Source of the DNA: a virus
IMG/VR virus record: IMGVR_UViG_3300032163_000008
Location: 15,205 to 79,204 of that record
Direction: 5' to 3' (one strand)
DNA: 64,000 nucleotides
Each line of letters opens with the position of its first letter. The first letter of the stretch is position 1. The position numbers and the translations under genes are program-made. Of this stretch, positions 8,729-17,584 are shown piece by piece. The notes under the pieces are model-generated. The model saw nothing but the letters and a program-made list of their open reading frames with translations, had not been told where the DNA came from and searched no databases.

Positions 8729-9633
8729 ATACTAGTAACTACGATTTAGGAGTGATCATTGGCAGATTTCAGGTGCCTGAGCTGCATGATTCCCACAGAA
8801 AGCTATTTGACTTTGTTTTTAAGAACCATAAAAAGGTCATCTGTATCATTGGATTGAGTCCCCTAAAGACTACGCTAAGAAATCCTCTTGACTTTATTCA
8901 GCGTAAAGCCATGCTTGAGGAAGAGTACCCTCAATTAACATGCCTCTATGTTAAGGATGTATGGGATGATGGCTTGTGGAGTAAGAGTTTAGATGGAGTT
9001 CTCAGCGATAATATGATGCCTGGTCAAAAACCTCTACTCTATGGATCTAGAGATAGTTTCATTAAGGTTTACTCAGGTAGACATGATACATATGAGCTTG
9101 AAAGTGATAGTTTTATCAGTGGCACGGAGATTCGTAAGCAGATTACAAGGTCTATGCACAGCAGTAAAGACTTTCGTATGGGTGCTTGTTGGTCCGCAGC
9201 CAACCACTTTCCTGTGAACTACACTTGCGTGGATGTTGCTATTATGCGGGATCACCGCAGCAAACTGCTATTAGCACGTAAGTCAGATGAGAACTTATAT
9301 AGATTTGTTGGAGGCTTTACAGATCCAACAAGTGAGAGTATTGAGGCTGATGCGCAAAGAGAGGTTCTAGAAGAGTCTGGCTTATACGTGGATAAACCTA
9401 AATACATCGCTTCAATGCGTATAGATGATTGGCGCTATAGAAGTGAAGTAGACAAGATCTGTACAACCTTTTGGGTAGCGGATGTGATTAGTGGAGCGCC
9501 CATTGCCGGTGATGATGTGTGTGAAGTACGCTGGTTTGACATGGCAACGCTCACAGAATCCCAGATCATGGTTCAACACAGACACCTCTTCCGAGCTCTT
9601 AAAGAGTATATGGAACCAAAGGTACTCGACTAA
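8725..9633 (+). CDS. Bifunctional NMN adenylyltransferase / Nudix (ADP-ribose) hydrolase, NadM-Nudix/NatV-like
   Basis: GRFQVPELHDSH, ISGTEIR, Nudix box GGFTD..SE....DAQREVLEESGL; ATG 8725 after AAGGAG. Confidence 0.92.
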   Translation: MNTSNYDLGVIIGRFQVPELHDSHRKLFDFVFKNHKKVICIIGLSPLKTTLRNPLDFIQRKAMLEEEYPQLTCLYVKDVWDDGLWSKSLDGVLSDNMMPGQKPLLYGSRDSFIKVYSGRHDTYELESDSFISGTEIRKQITRSMHSSKDFRMGACWSAANHFPVNYTCVDVAIMRDHRSKLLLARKSDENLYRFVGGFTDPTSESIEADAQREVLEESGLYVDKPKYIASMRIDDWRYRSEVDKICTTFWVADVISGAPIAGDDVCEVRWFDMATLTESQIMVQHRHLFRALKEYMEPKVLD

Positions 9634-9634
9634 T

Positions 9635-10129
9635 ATGGGTAGAGTACTCATATGGTCTGACCTTCACTTAGGTCATAGTAAGATTATTGAGTACGAGAAT
9701 CGTCCCTTTACAGATGTGTATGAGATGGATAAAGAACTACTTGACAACTGGCGCACATTTGTAAAGAAGGATGATACCCTTATTAACTTAGGAGATCTCT
9801 CCATGTATATTAACAAGGAGAGGATGATAAAGCTCCTCGCCAACCTTCCTGGAAAGAAGATCTTAATCATTGGAAATCATGATCGCAGTAAGCCGGTGAA
9901 GTGGTGGTATGAGGTGGGCTTTGATGAGGTGTATAAACATCCTTATGTCTATTGTGATAGGTTTATATTAAGCCATAAGCCCCTTGAAGGTGACCTTGGA
10001 GGTTTCCTAAATATACACGGACACACTCACAGCCAACGCGAAGACGATAATCAACATAGGTGTGTAAGTGTAGAAAAGACTGGGTATAAACCCCTGCTAT
10101 TTGATGACGTTATAAGGAGTTTCAAATGA
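9635..10129 (+). CDS. Calcineurin-like metallophosphoesterase
   Basis: SDLHLGH, LGD, GNHD, SH.P, HGHTH motifs; ATG at 9635. Confidence 0.9.
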   Translation: MGRVLIWSDLHLGHSKIIEYENRPFTDVYEMDKELLDNWRTFVKKDDTLINLGDLSMYINKERMIKLLANLPGKKILIIGNHDRSKPVKWWYEVGFDEVYKHPYVYCDRFILSHKPLEGDLGGFLNIHGHTHSQREDDNQHRCVSVEKTGYKPLLFDDVIRSFK

Positions 10130-10476
10130 TAAGAGACGCAGCGCAGCTAGGTAATCAGACTATTCAAGACATTAAAGCGGAGAAGGCCCGACAGATAGAT
10201 AAGTGGGGGATACAGGATAGGCCTATAGCGGATTGGTTAGCTATTTTAGGAGAAGAGGTGGGGGAGTGCAACCGAGCCTACCTAGAGATGATGTTTGACA
10301 AAAACTACGATAATTATGACGGACACTATCAGGAGCTCATAGATGAGTTGATCCAAGTTGCCACAGTAGCTGCGAATGTAGCAGACGCTTTGCGGTTGAC
10401 TAAGGTAAGGAAGAAAGATATGTTTCAAGCCCTTAAAGATATAATTACGGATGCCTGGACAGGACCAAAGAACTGA
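10126..10476 (+). CDS. MazG-like NTP pyrophosphohydrolase
   Basis: LGEEVGE...ELIQVATVA. Confidence 0.8.
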   Translation: MIRDAAQLGNQTIQDIKAEKARQIDKWGIQDRPIADWLAILGEEVGECNRAYLEMMFDKNYDNYDGHYQELIDELIQVATVAANVADALRLTKVRKKDMFQALKDIITDAWTGPKN

Positions 10477-10649
10477 TGAGAGACCCTAAACGCATCGAAG
10501 AAATCCTCGTAACTCTAGGCCACATTTGGATGAAGCATCCCGATCAGCGCTTTTGCCAACTACTCTTCAATATAGGGCTGGCACAAGACCTCTTTTACCT
10601 AGAAGATGATAAACTGCAAGTAATGCTAGATAAAGTCAAAAAGGAGTAA
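10476..10649 (+). CDS. Small YihD/DUF1040-like protein (absent from ORF track)
   Basis: MRDPKRIEEILVTLGHIWMKHPDQRFCQLL...FYLEDD; TGATG coupling. Confidence 0.7.
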   Translation: MRDPKRIEEILVTLGHIWMKHPDQRFCQLLFNIGLAQDLFYLEDDKLQVMLDKVKKE

Positions 10650-10655
10650 ACTGCC

Positions 10656-10808
10656 ATGGATGAATGTGAAAACTGCAAGAAACTGGAAAAGAAGCTTAAG
10701 GACGAGTATGTGAAGATTAGGGCATTGACTACACTATTCTTACAACTAACTGAAGATCACTTGGGGCAACTAGAGACTACTATGAAGGATGCGGATGTAC
10801 CCTTCTAA
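10656..10808 (+). CDS. Small coiled-coil protein (absent from ORF track)
   Basis: AAGGAG SD; 50 aa beginning MDECENCKKLEKKL. Confidence 0.5.
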   Translation: MDECENCKKLEKKLKDEYVKIRALTTLFLQLTEDHLGQLETTMKDADVPF

Positions 10809-11019
10809 ACTAGTTACTGAGAAGTTGCAGGAGTTACGGAATGAGCCCAACGAGACTCTGTCTAGGATGAGCTTTGAGGAGTATACTGATGCTGTATGGA
10901 ATGCAGCTATTGAGCATTCTGTAAACACTAGACAGATTCAAAATCTTATTGAGGATGCCTATAGTGAAGGCTATGAGAATGGATGGGAAGAAGGATGCGA
11001 AGAGTATGACAGCAAATAG
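10789..11019 (+). CDS. Hypothetical acidic protein
   Basis: AYSEGYENGWEEG pattern. Confidence 0.55.
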   Translation: MRMYPSKLVTEKLQELRNEPNETLSRMSFEEYTDAVWNAAIEHSVNTRQIQNLIEDAYSEGYENGWEEGCEEYDSK

Positions 11020-11251
11020 TTTAAAAGCGGATAGCAGAGACCTTATTGAGCATCTTGATAAAAGAGGACTCTCATATAAAGAGTCTAATGGTGGACAGTT
11101 CCATAAAAGTATCGCGATAGGGAGTATTGAGAAGCTTAGGGAAGGCTATAAGATAGCTAACTTATTCAATACGGTAACGAATGAGAAGTTCTTGAAGGCC
11201 TTAGAGGTATCACAGAAGGCTGCCAATATGATACTTCAAAACAACAACTAG
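11006..11251 (+). CDS. Hypothetical protein
   Basis: Probable ATG 11006 overlapping the previous stop. Confidence 0.5.
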   Translation: MTANSLKADSRDLIEHLDKRGLSYKESNGGQFHKSIAIGSIEKLREGYKIANLFNTVTNEKFLKALEVSQKAANMILQNNN

Positions 11252-11259
11252 TATAATTA
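11252..11259 (+). promoter_or_regulatory. TATAATTA putative late promoter upstream of the structured RNA
   Basis: Exact octamer. Confidence 0.55.
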
Positions 11260-11263
11260 AGTC

Positions 11264-11492
11264 ACTCACGTACCTAGTGTACGAGGAGCTATTAGGATGC
11301 TTGCATCCTTTTTAGAAGAGGCGTGTTGGGGATGGTACACGGCTAATCGATGCTCAGCTTGAGCAGAGTGGGGGATGCCCCAAGCGTGTGCTGGCTCATG
11401 GTAACCAGACTACCCCAACTTAGGCGGACACGCCGCTCTATCGAGGTTTTGGGGGTGTACCCGGTAACAAAACACCCCCTCACACAAAACTT
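11264..11492 (+). ncRNA. Candidate structured ncRNA, family not recognised
   Basis: GC-rich intergenic region with nested helices: GGCGTGT/ACACGCC, GTTGGGG/CCCCAAC, GGTACACG/CGTGTGCT, TGCTCA/TGAGCA, GGGG/CCCC, GGGGGTGT/ACACCCCC. Confidence 0.55.
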
Positions 11493-11497
11493 AGCCA

Positions 11498-11505
11498 TAT
11501 AATTA
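11498..11505 (+). promoter_or_regulatory. TATAATTA putative late promoter
   Basis: Begins 12 nt before ATG 11510; no SD. Confidence 0.55.
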
Positions 11506-11509
11506 GTAT

Positions 11510-13528
11510 ATGCGTCCTGGGTTACTCATAAAAAATGATCCACATAAAAAGGTTATACTACACGATGGTCTCCGTATCCACGTAGAATGGCTCAAAGGTT
11601 CTATACGATCATACAAAAATTCCGATTTTAAGAAGCTCATGCACGCCGATTATGGTTACATACACGATACCACAAGCCGTGACGGAGAGGACATTGATGT
11701 ATATGTAGGCTCTGATCAAGTTACAGAAAAAGTGTATAAAATAAAACAACTAAAGTCTGAGTATGAGGCTGAGAAGCAAGGTGGTACTGCTTATGAGTCT
11801 TTTGATGAATGGAAGTATATGCTTTTCTTTCCCTCAGCGAAGGCAGCAAAAGATTGTTATATAAAGTGTATGGATAAGAAACTTTTTGGCGGTATTGATG
11901 AGATGTCCTGGAGCACCTTTAAAGGGATAGTCACTCGCAGTAGACCAAAAGAACTATCTAAGGGGGTACAATTAAAAGAGAAACCCGAGTACAAGGAGAC
12001 TAATATGGATGACGGCAAAATAGAGTTATGGTTAAAGGCAAAAACGTCTAGTATCATTATACCTCATAAGGATTTTACTCCTAAGAAACCCAAAATAAAC
12101 TTAAACCCTTTTAAAGCAAAAAAGGAATCTCCTGATACTATTATGCCTCTTTCGGCAGACCTAACAAAGAACCAGCACGATGACCTGAAGATAAAGAAGG
12201 GTAAGACTGTTGAGCGAAATTTTGATCCCAAAACTCACTACATAAATAGGGATGGTAAGGTTACTAAGAAGGTTCCCGCTGCCCAACGCATCGAGCAACT
12301 TTCGAGCCACGATCAAGTCGAGCATGCAAAAAATCCAGAAATAGAACTAAAGGATCCAGACCTTAATCCAAAAGGACATGAGGGTGGACCAGTTAAAGTT
12401 TTCAAATTAGAAAAGAGCGCACAGGAGGCTAACATGATAGAGTACAGAGATGGGAATAGTGAGATAGGTTACCAATTACTAGTAAAAAATGCTACAGACA
12501 GGGCTGAGCTTATCAAAACTAACTTCATGGAAGAGTTTACATACGAAGAGACTCCCTCTCAAGAGCTGTTTAAAGGCTGGTCAGAGGATCAAGAGTATGG
12601 AGAATACCTATCAAAACGTAGAGGTAACATGGTAAAAGATGCTCCTATCTACAAGATGGCCGATTTAGAGCCGATTGAAGTCTCTCCAGAGCTTATTGCT
12701 TTATATAAAGGGGATACTTTTGGTATTCCTTCTGAAGGTGAATTTGATCTAGTGGATTTCGTCAAGAATAGCCAATTAAGTGAGTTTGAAGGCTCCCCAG
12801 TGGCACAGCAAGACGCTGACCATCGAGCATTAGCGAAGATGGCTGAGCTATATAATGAGGTATGGACGCCTTTATTAAAGAAGGTTGCAGAAGAGCTTGA
12901 AGAAAAAGAAAAGAAAAAAGACGAGGACCTCGAAGATGTTGAAGTTGATTTAGATGGAGAGGACGAGGATACTCCTGAAGATGACACTATCGATGAAGCT
13001 GCAGATAAAGAGGATAAAGTAGACTTTAAGAAGGAACTTCATAAGGGTCTAACGGACCGTGGTGTTGTAGACGTTAACAAAGTTGAGCGCATATTTATTA
13101 AGATGCTACTTGAGGGTGGAGAATCCGAATTACAGAAGAAATATGCAAGTTTTAGTAAGCTAGTCAGCAGACTCAAGAAGAGTACTGAGATGACCAGTGA
13201 CCAAAAGCCCCAAGTGGTTAATGGTAATCCCGTTGCCAAGAAGTTTGACTCAAAGTCAAATACCAAAGCTACAATCATTCACAGAGCCCCTACAAAGAAG
13301 AAGGGTATTTCTGAGAGCGTTTTAAGTGATGAAGAAAAATATTTTTTCAGTCCTAAAAACCCAGATAATAAAGGGTTTAGAAAGTCTTTTGACGCACTTT
13401 TAGAGCGTTTTGACGGCCTACAAAAGGATTATCAGCATACCACGAAGCCAAAAGGTAGACCCGTGGGCTCCAAAAATGCAGTAGTTAAACCTGAAGTTGA
13501 AAAGATTGAGGAGCAAAGGGAAGTATAG
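11510..13528 (+). CDS. Large charged protein with N-terminal inorganic-pyrophosphatase-like (polyvalent-protein InPase) domain; putative internal head polyprotein
   Basis: DYGYI..T..RDGEDIDVYVG...FDEWKYMLFF; many hydrophobic-x-K-[AGS] motifs. Confidence 0.7.
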   Translation: MRPGLLIKNDPHKKVILHDGLRIHVEWLKGSIRSYKNSDFKKLMHADYGYIHDTTSRDGEDIDVYVGSDQVTEKVYKIKQLKSEYEAEKQGGTAYESFDEWKYMLFFPSAKAAKDCYIKCMDKKLFGGIDEMSWSTFKGIVTRSRPKELSKGVQLKEKPEYKETNMDDGKIELWLKAKTSSIIIPHKDFTPKKPKINLNPFKAKKESPDTIMPLSADLTKNQHDDLKIKKGKTVERNFDPKTHYINRDGKVTKKVPAAQRIEQLSSHDQVEHAKNPEIELKDPDLNPKGHEGGPVKVFKLEKSAQEANMIEYRDGNSEIGYQLLVKNATDRAELIKTNFMEEFTYEETPSQELFKGWSEDQEYGEYLSKRRGNMVKDAPIYKMADLEPIEVSPELIALYKGDTFGIPSEGEFDLVDFVKNSQLSEFEGSPVAQQDADHRALAKMAELYNEVWTPLLKKVAEELEEKEKKKDEDLEDVEVDLDGEDEDTPEDDTIDEAADKEDKVDFKKELHKGLTDRGVVDVNKVERIFIKMLLEGGESELQKKYASFSKLVSRLKKSTEMTSDQKPQVVNGNPVAKKFDSKSNTKATIIHRAPTKKKGISESVLSDEEKYFFSPKNPDNKGFRKSFDALLERFDGLQKDYQHTTKPKGRPVGSKNAVVKPEVEKIEEQREV

Positions 13529-14836
13529 ATGCTCGAAGGAACTGGCTATCTGTCAAGGTCTTTTGCTAGTGCCCTGGATGCTCTTGAAGACATCACAAAG
13601 GGATTAGATCATAGCCTACTCTTATCCGAAGATGAGATAAGAGAATCTATGCACGAGCCTGAGCACCAAGCTATCAATGTGAAGACAGAATCGGGAGGGT
13701 GGAAACCAGCTCGTAGTCCCCTTGAATATGACCCAGACCTAAAAGATCATCATATCGAGCACAATATAAACGATAATGCTACAAAACCTGGTAAAGCAAA
13801 TAAGAAGGTTAAAGGTACAGATCTTTCTGAGCACATGAAAGTCTCTGTGACTCATAAGCCTCCCTTTAAGCAGCTTAAGGAATACCCAGTAAATGAAGCT
13901 ATGAGGGATGCTAATAACAAGCATCAAGAAGAGAAATTACATAAAGGAGTGGAGAGCATGGACAACGACATTACAGATTACGACGCAAACACGGCATATG
14001 TACAATATGTTATCGAGGAAAAGCTCAGCAGCCTTTATAAGGGTGTAGTCGTACCCTGCTTAGAAAATATTACTACTCCAGACTTTTATTTCATTGACGA
14101 AATGAGAAAAGGCTTTATTTTAGCTGGGGTAGAAGATCTTGATGAAGTAGAAGAACTCTTTAAGAGTGCGCTTCTTGATGAGTACGAGGTTCTCTCTAAG
14201 AACTATGAGGGATTTGACCTCCTTGCTGAGGCTATAAGTGAAGATTTCTTTAAGAATGACGAGCCATCTTCTGGTATAGATAAATACCGATCAAAATATG
14301 AACAACCAGGATTTACACCCCCTCCAGAAAAGGTTATAAAAGTTCCTGAAGCTGGTGGAAGAGGGCGTCCAGCTAAGCCCCTTACAGAGTCTGAGCACGC
14401 TGATCAACGCAGAAACATTAAAAATGCCCTATTAAACGGACCTGCACCCAAAAATGAAAAGGGTGAGTACGATACAAAGAAAATGACTGAAGAGGGTAGA
14501 ATAGGCCACGAGGATGCAAAATTTAAGCAACACAAGAAATCTAAAGACGACTCCTATAAAAAGGACCAGTCTAGCGTTATTATTGAGGGTAAGCATTACA
14601 AATATGTAAAGCGTAAAGGGAGAGCGGGAGGCACAGAAGGCCAGACTCTTCAACAAATTATTGCTAGACACGAATCTGATAAGGCAAAACACGCAGCAAA
14701 AGCTAATACATTACCAAAAGCAACACCAGAGCAAGAAAAGTTTGTAGCGGATGCCAACGAAAGATATGCTAAAGCGCAAGAGCGAAAAGCGGCACAGCAA
14801 GCTAAGTTTGACTCAGGCTCAAAGAAATTCTTTTAA
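13529..14836 (+). CDS. Charged putative internal head protein
   Basis: Lies upstream of the protease; ITKG/LHKG/LYKG/LFKS motifs; basic C-terminus. Confidence 0.65.
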   Translation: MLEGTGYLSRSFASALDALEDITKGLDHSLLLSEDEIRESMHEPEHQAINVKTESGGWKPARSPLEYDPDLKDHHIEHNINDNATKPGKANKKVKGTDLSEHMKVSVTHKPPFKQLKEYPVNEAMRDANNKHQEEKLHKGVESMDNDITDYDANTAYVQYVIEEKLSSLYKGVVVPCLENITTPDFYFIDEMRKGFILAGVEDLDEVEELFKSALLDEYEVLSKNYEGFDLLAEAISEDFFKNDEPSSGIDKYRSKYEQPGFTPPPEKVIKVPEAGGRGRPAKPLTESEHADQRRNIKNALLNGPAPKNEKGEYDTKKMTEEGRIGHEDAKFKQHKKSKDDSYKKDQSSVIIEGKHYKYVKRKGRAGGTEGQTLQQIIARHESDKAKHAAKANTLPKATPEQEKFVADANERYAKAQERKAAQQAKFDSGSKKFF

Positions 14837-14842
14837 TATAAC

Positions 14843-15763
14843 ATGCCAGTAGCAGCACTAAAGGGTATCGCCAAGAAAAATAAGACGTCCGTAAGGGCTG
14901 TTGAAAAGGATTGGAAAGAGGCTAAAGGTGTTGTAAAGGGTCAAAAGGGCACTGCAGAGGGTAATTGGGGTCTTGTCAACTTTATCACTCAGAAGAAAGC
15001 TCATGCACATGTTCTTGAGAAAAGCGATGAATTACTTAAGAGCATAGCTAAAGCAGAGTCTAAGAAGAAAAAGACAAAAGACGCAGACGAGCCTCTTACA
15101 GAGATCCCTGAAATTGATTTTGAGGAAGTTCTCGATGACTCTGAAGCATACAAGAAGGCTAAAGAAGAGACAAGTAATCCATCTCTATATCCTAATACAC
15201 TACTCTTAAATGCTGATCGCGCCTATAGATACGGAGTTTATAGCGGAAAAATAGATCCTGATAACTTTGATCCTGATTACAGTGGGCAGACCGTAGACAA
15301 GATGCTCAACAGAAAGTCCATAAAAGAGATCGCTATAGAGGATGATCAAGAAGTTAAGCATGAAATTAGGGACTCATATATACCCGCCACCGTTATACAG
15401 AGAATAAAAGAGAGAGATGCAGCTACACTAGATTTACCTAAAAAAGTTGATACAGATTCCCCAGAAGATGATGAGTCCGAAGATAAGACGGGTAATAGAG
15501 GCCTTCAAAAGAGAGCGGCCCTTCCTGGAGGAGACTCAGGTCTAGCAGCTAAAGCTAAGTTTAAGGCCAAAGATGCTAACCCCCAAGAACTTAAAGAGGG
15601 TATTAAGTTTGAGAAAGAGCACTCAAGTGATCCAGCCGTAGAAGAGGAAATAGCTTTGGACCATATCTCAGAAGATCCTAAGTATTATGATAAACTGAAG
15701 ACAATGGAAAAGCATTTGAAAACGTGGGACTCAATGACAAAGTCATGGGTTGAGGTATTTTAG
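14843..15763 (+). CDS. Putative head protein with C-terminal DUF5661-like domain
   Basis: ELKEGIKFEKEH...EIALDHISEDPKYYDKL. Confidence 0.65.
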   Translation: MPVAALKGIAKKNKTSVRAVEKDWKEAKGVVKGQKGTAEGNWGLVNFITQKKAHAHVLEKSDELLKSIAKAESKKKKTKDADEPLTEIPEIDFEEVLDDSEAYKKAKEETSNPSLYPNTLLLNADRAYRYGVYSGKIDPDNFDPDYSGQTVDKMLNRKSIKEIAIEDDQEVKHEIRDSYIPATVIQRIKERDAATLDLPKKVDTDSPEDDESEDKTGNRGLQKRAALPGGDSGLAAKAKFKAKDANPQELKEGIKFEKEHSSDPAVEEEIALDHISEDPKYYDKLKTMEKHLKTWDSMTKSWVEVF

Positions 15764-15811
15764 ATAGTAAGGGTGTTTCTGCCCAAGGGGTAGAAGTAGA
15801 TTAGCGCTCTG

Positions 15812-15819
15812 TATAATTA
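15812..15819 (+). promoter_or_regulatory. TATAATTA putative late promoter
   Basis: Upstream of the protease. Confidence 0.55.
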
Positions 15820-15831
15820 AGGAGAACAACC

Positions 15832-17415
15832 ATGACTGACACTTTTAATTTTGGATTTGATTTAGTAAAGGGAAAAGAAGAGGGGGGTAAACGATACATT
15901 TATGGTATCGCGTCCTCAGAGAGTCCTGACCAAGCAAATGAGATCGTGGAAGCGGCTGGACTAAAGAAGTCTGCTGAATTCTTCATTAAAAAGGGTCTCA
16001 TTGACTACGATCACCAAAGCCAGATTAAGAAAGATCCTTCCGCTATTATAGGTAAGCCTATGAATGTGCATTGGGATGACCAGAATCGCATGCATCTCAA
16101 AGCCGAGATATACAAAGGTGTAGCAAAAGCTGATGCAGTATGGGATCTCGTTAAAGCAGGAGCTCCACTTGGCTTAAGTGTCGGTGGTAAGGTTCTTGAT
16201 AGATACCAAACCTATGATCCAAAATTAAACAAAAATGTAACCCGTGTTACCAGAGCTATGATCAATCACGTTGCCGTAACACCATTCCCTTGTAATGAAG
16301 ACACTATGGTAACTAATGAATCCTACGCATCCTTCTTCAAAAGCCTATCAACAGGCTCACGACTCTCAGAAGACGAGTTTGAAGACATACTAAAAAATGA
16401 GGCGTGGGAAGATTCTGATAACCTACAAAAAGATATGGCTGCAATGGGTAATCCAGTGTCTGAAGGCTCCGGTGGAGTTCAACAAGGCGTTAATCCCATA
16501 GTACGACAGGATCTAGAAGCCCAACATAAAGTAGAGGGGGCTACACAAGAGGATAAAAAGAAAAAGAAGGTTGTCAAATTGAATAAACACACAGTCGAAT
16601 TCGACGGCTCATATGTTACTATAAATACCACAGACAACTCAACGGACGTTATGGAAGATCGCGAGCTTGCTAAAGCAAGTGACGCAGACAAAGAAAAGAT
16701 CGTTGAGTGCTATATCAACTTGGTTAAAGCTATGAGTGACGGCGACAAAGAAGCCGTAAATGTAGACTCTTTTCTTAAGAGTAGGGACCTAGACCGGTAC
16801 GGCCGCAGAATTATTAAGAGGCATCTGGTTAAGAAGTTTTCGGAAGTGTTTAGTAATGACAATTTTGTTAAGAGCTTATACGCCGATTCCCCTCTAGGTC
16901 CCGATATCGCCAATGCTTATGTGAACCCTATGAGTGCCCCTTATAAGAAAGATGGTGTTATATATGGTGCTTATGAAGATCCTAGTTTTATCCCTGTGCA
17001 CGTACCTTCTATACCTCTTACAGAAGAACTTACCTCCCAGAATCTAGACGTTAAGGTAAGAGACAGTATCCGTGGAGAAGCTGAAGCAGCTAACGACGAT
17101 CACAAAAAGTATATCCTAGACAGTATCAATAGAATTGATGCAAATACCCTTTCTGAAGCTGAAGCGTTGAAAAAGTTCAATGATGTCAGATCTAGTTATG
17201 GTAAGGAAGCACTTAAAGCAGCTAACTTCGCCAAGTTGTGGAAAGAAGACAAGTACGCCATACAAAGCGTTATTCGCGAGTTTGCTGAGATGATGAAGAA
17301 AGAGGTTGAAGGTGCGCTTAAAAATGCTGTAAGGCAGATAAAAGACCACGTAAATCCCGATCCTCGTGATACTCAGAACATCAAAGACTTTAGTCAGGTT
17401 CGCCCCATTCAGTAA
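15832..17415 (+). CDS. Prohead (capsid maturation) protease, HK97-type, with long C-terminal extension
   Basis: IYGIAS...D...E, IDYDH, IIGKP, LGLSVGG, VAVTPFPCNEDT; position before scaffold and MCP. Confidence 0.9.
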   Translation: MTDTFNFGFDLVKGKEEGGKRYIYGIASSESPDQANEIVEAAGLKKSAEFFIKKGLIDYDHQSQIKKDPSAIIGKPMNVHWDDQNRMHLKAEIYKGVAKADAVWDLVKAGAPLGLSVGGKVLDRYQTYDPKLNKNVTRVTRAMINHVAVTPFPCNEDTMVTNESYASFFKSLSTGSRLSEDEFEDILKNEAWEDSDNLQKDMAAMGNPVSEGSGGVQQGVNPIVRQDLEAQHKVEGATQEDKKKKKVVKLNKHTVEFDGSYVTINTTDNSTDVMEDRELAKASDADKEKIVECYINLVKAMSDGDKEAVNVDSFLKSRDLDRYGRRIIKRHLVKKFSEVFSNDNFVKSLYADSPLGPDIANAYVNPMSAPYKKDGVIYGAYEDPSFIPVHVPSIPLTEELTSQNLDVKVRDSIRGEAEAANDDHKKYILDSINRIDANTLSEAEALKKFNDVRSSYGKEALKAANFAKLWKEDKYAIQSVIREFAEMMKKEVEGALKNAVRQIKDHVNPDPRDTQNIKDFSQVRPIQ

Positions 17416-17446
17416 ACTGTGGGGTATCATTCGGTCATATCACCGC

Positions 17447-17454
17447 TATAATTA
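17447..17454 (+). promoter_or_regulatory. TATAATTA putative late promoter for scaffold-capsid operon
   Basis: Exact octamer in the intergenic region. Confidence 0.6.
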
Positions 17455-17584
17455 GGTTGTTAGTAATAACATTATAAGGCTTGCCTGAAAAAGGTAGGTA
17501 ACCTAAGGTCGAGCTGCTAGTAATAGCTCAAATATAACTGAACAAGTTGCAAAAAATTAAAGTAAAGGTAGGTGAAAAGTAAAG

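Noticed and set aside
9491-9634. Extended N-termini given by the ORF track (also 8689, 6868, 4667, 10949, 42448)
   Set aside because: Downstream ATGs have SD sites or stop-start coupling and match domain boundaries
11264-11492. tRNA, tmRNA or SRP identity for the structured region
   Set aside because: No TTC-R-A T-loop cloverleaf, tag-like ORF or SRP domain IV motif recognisable
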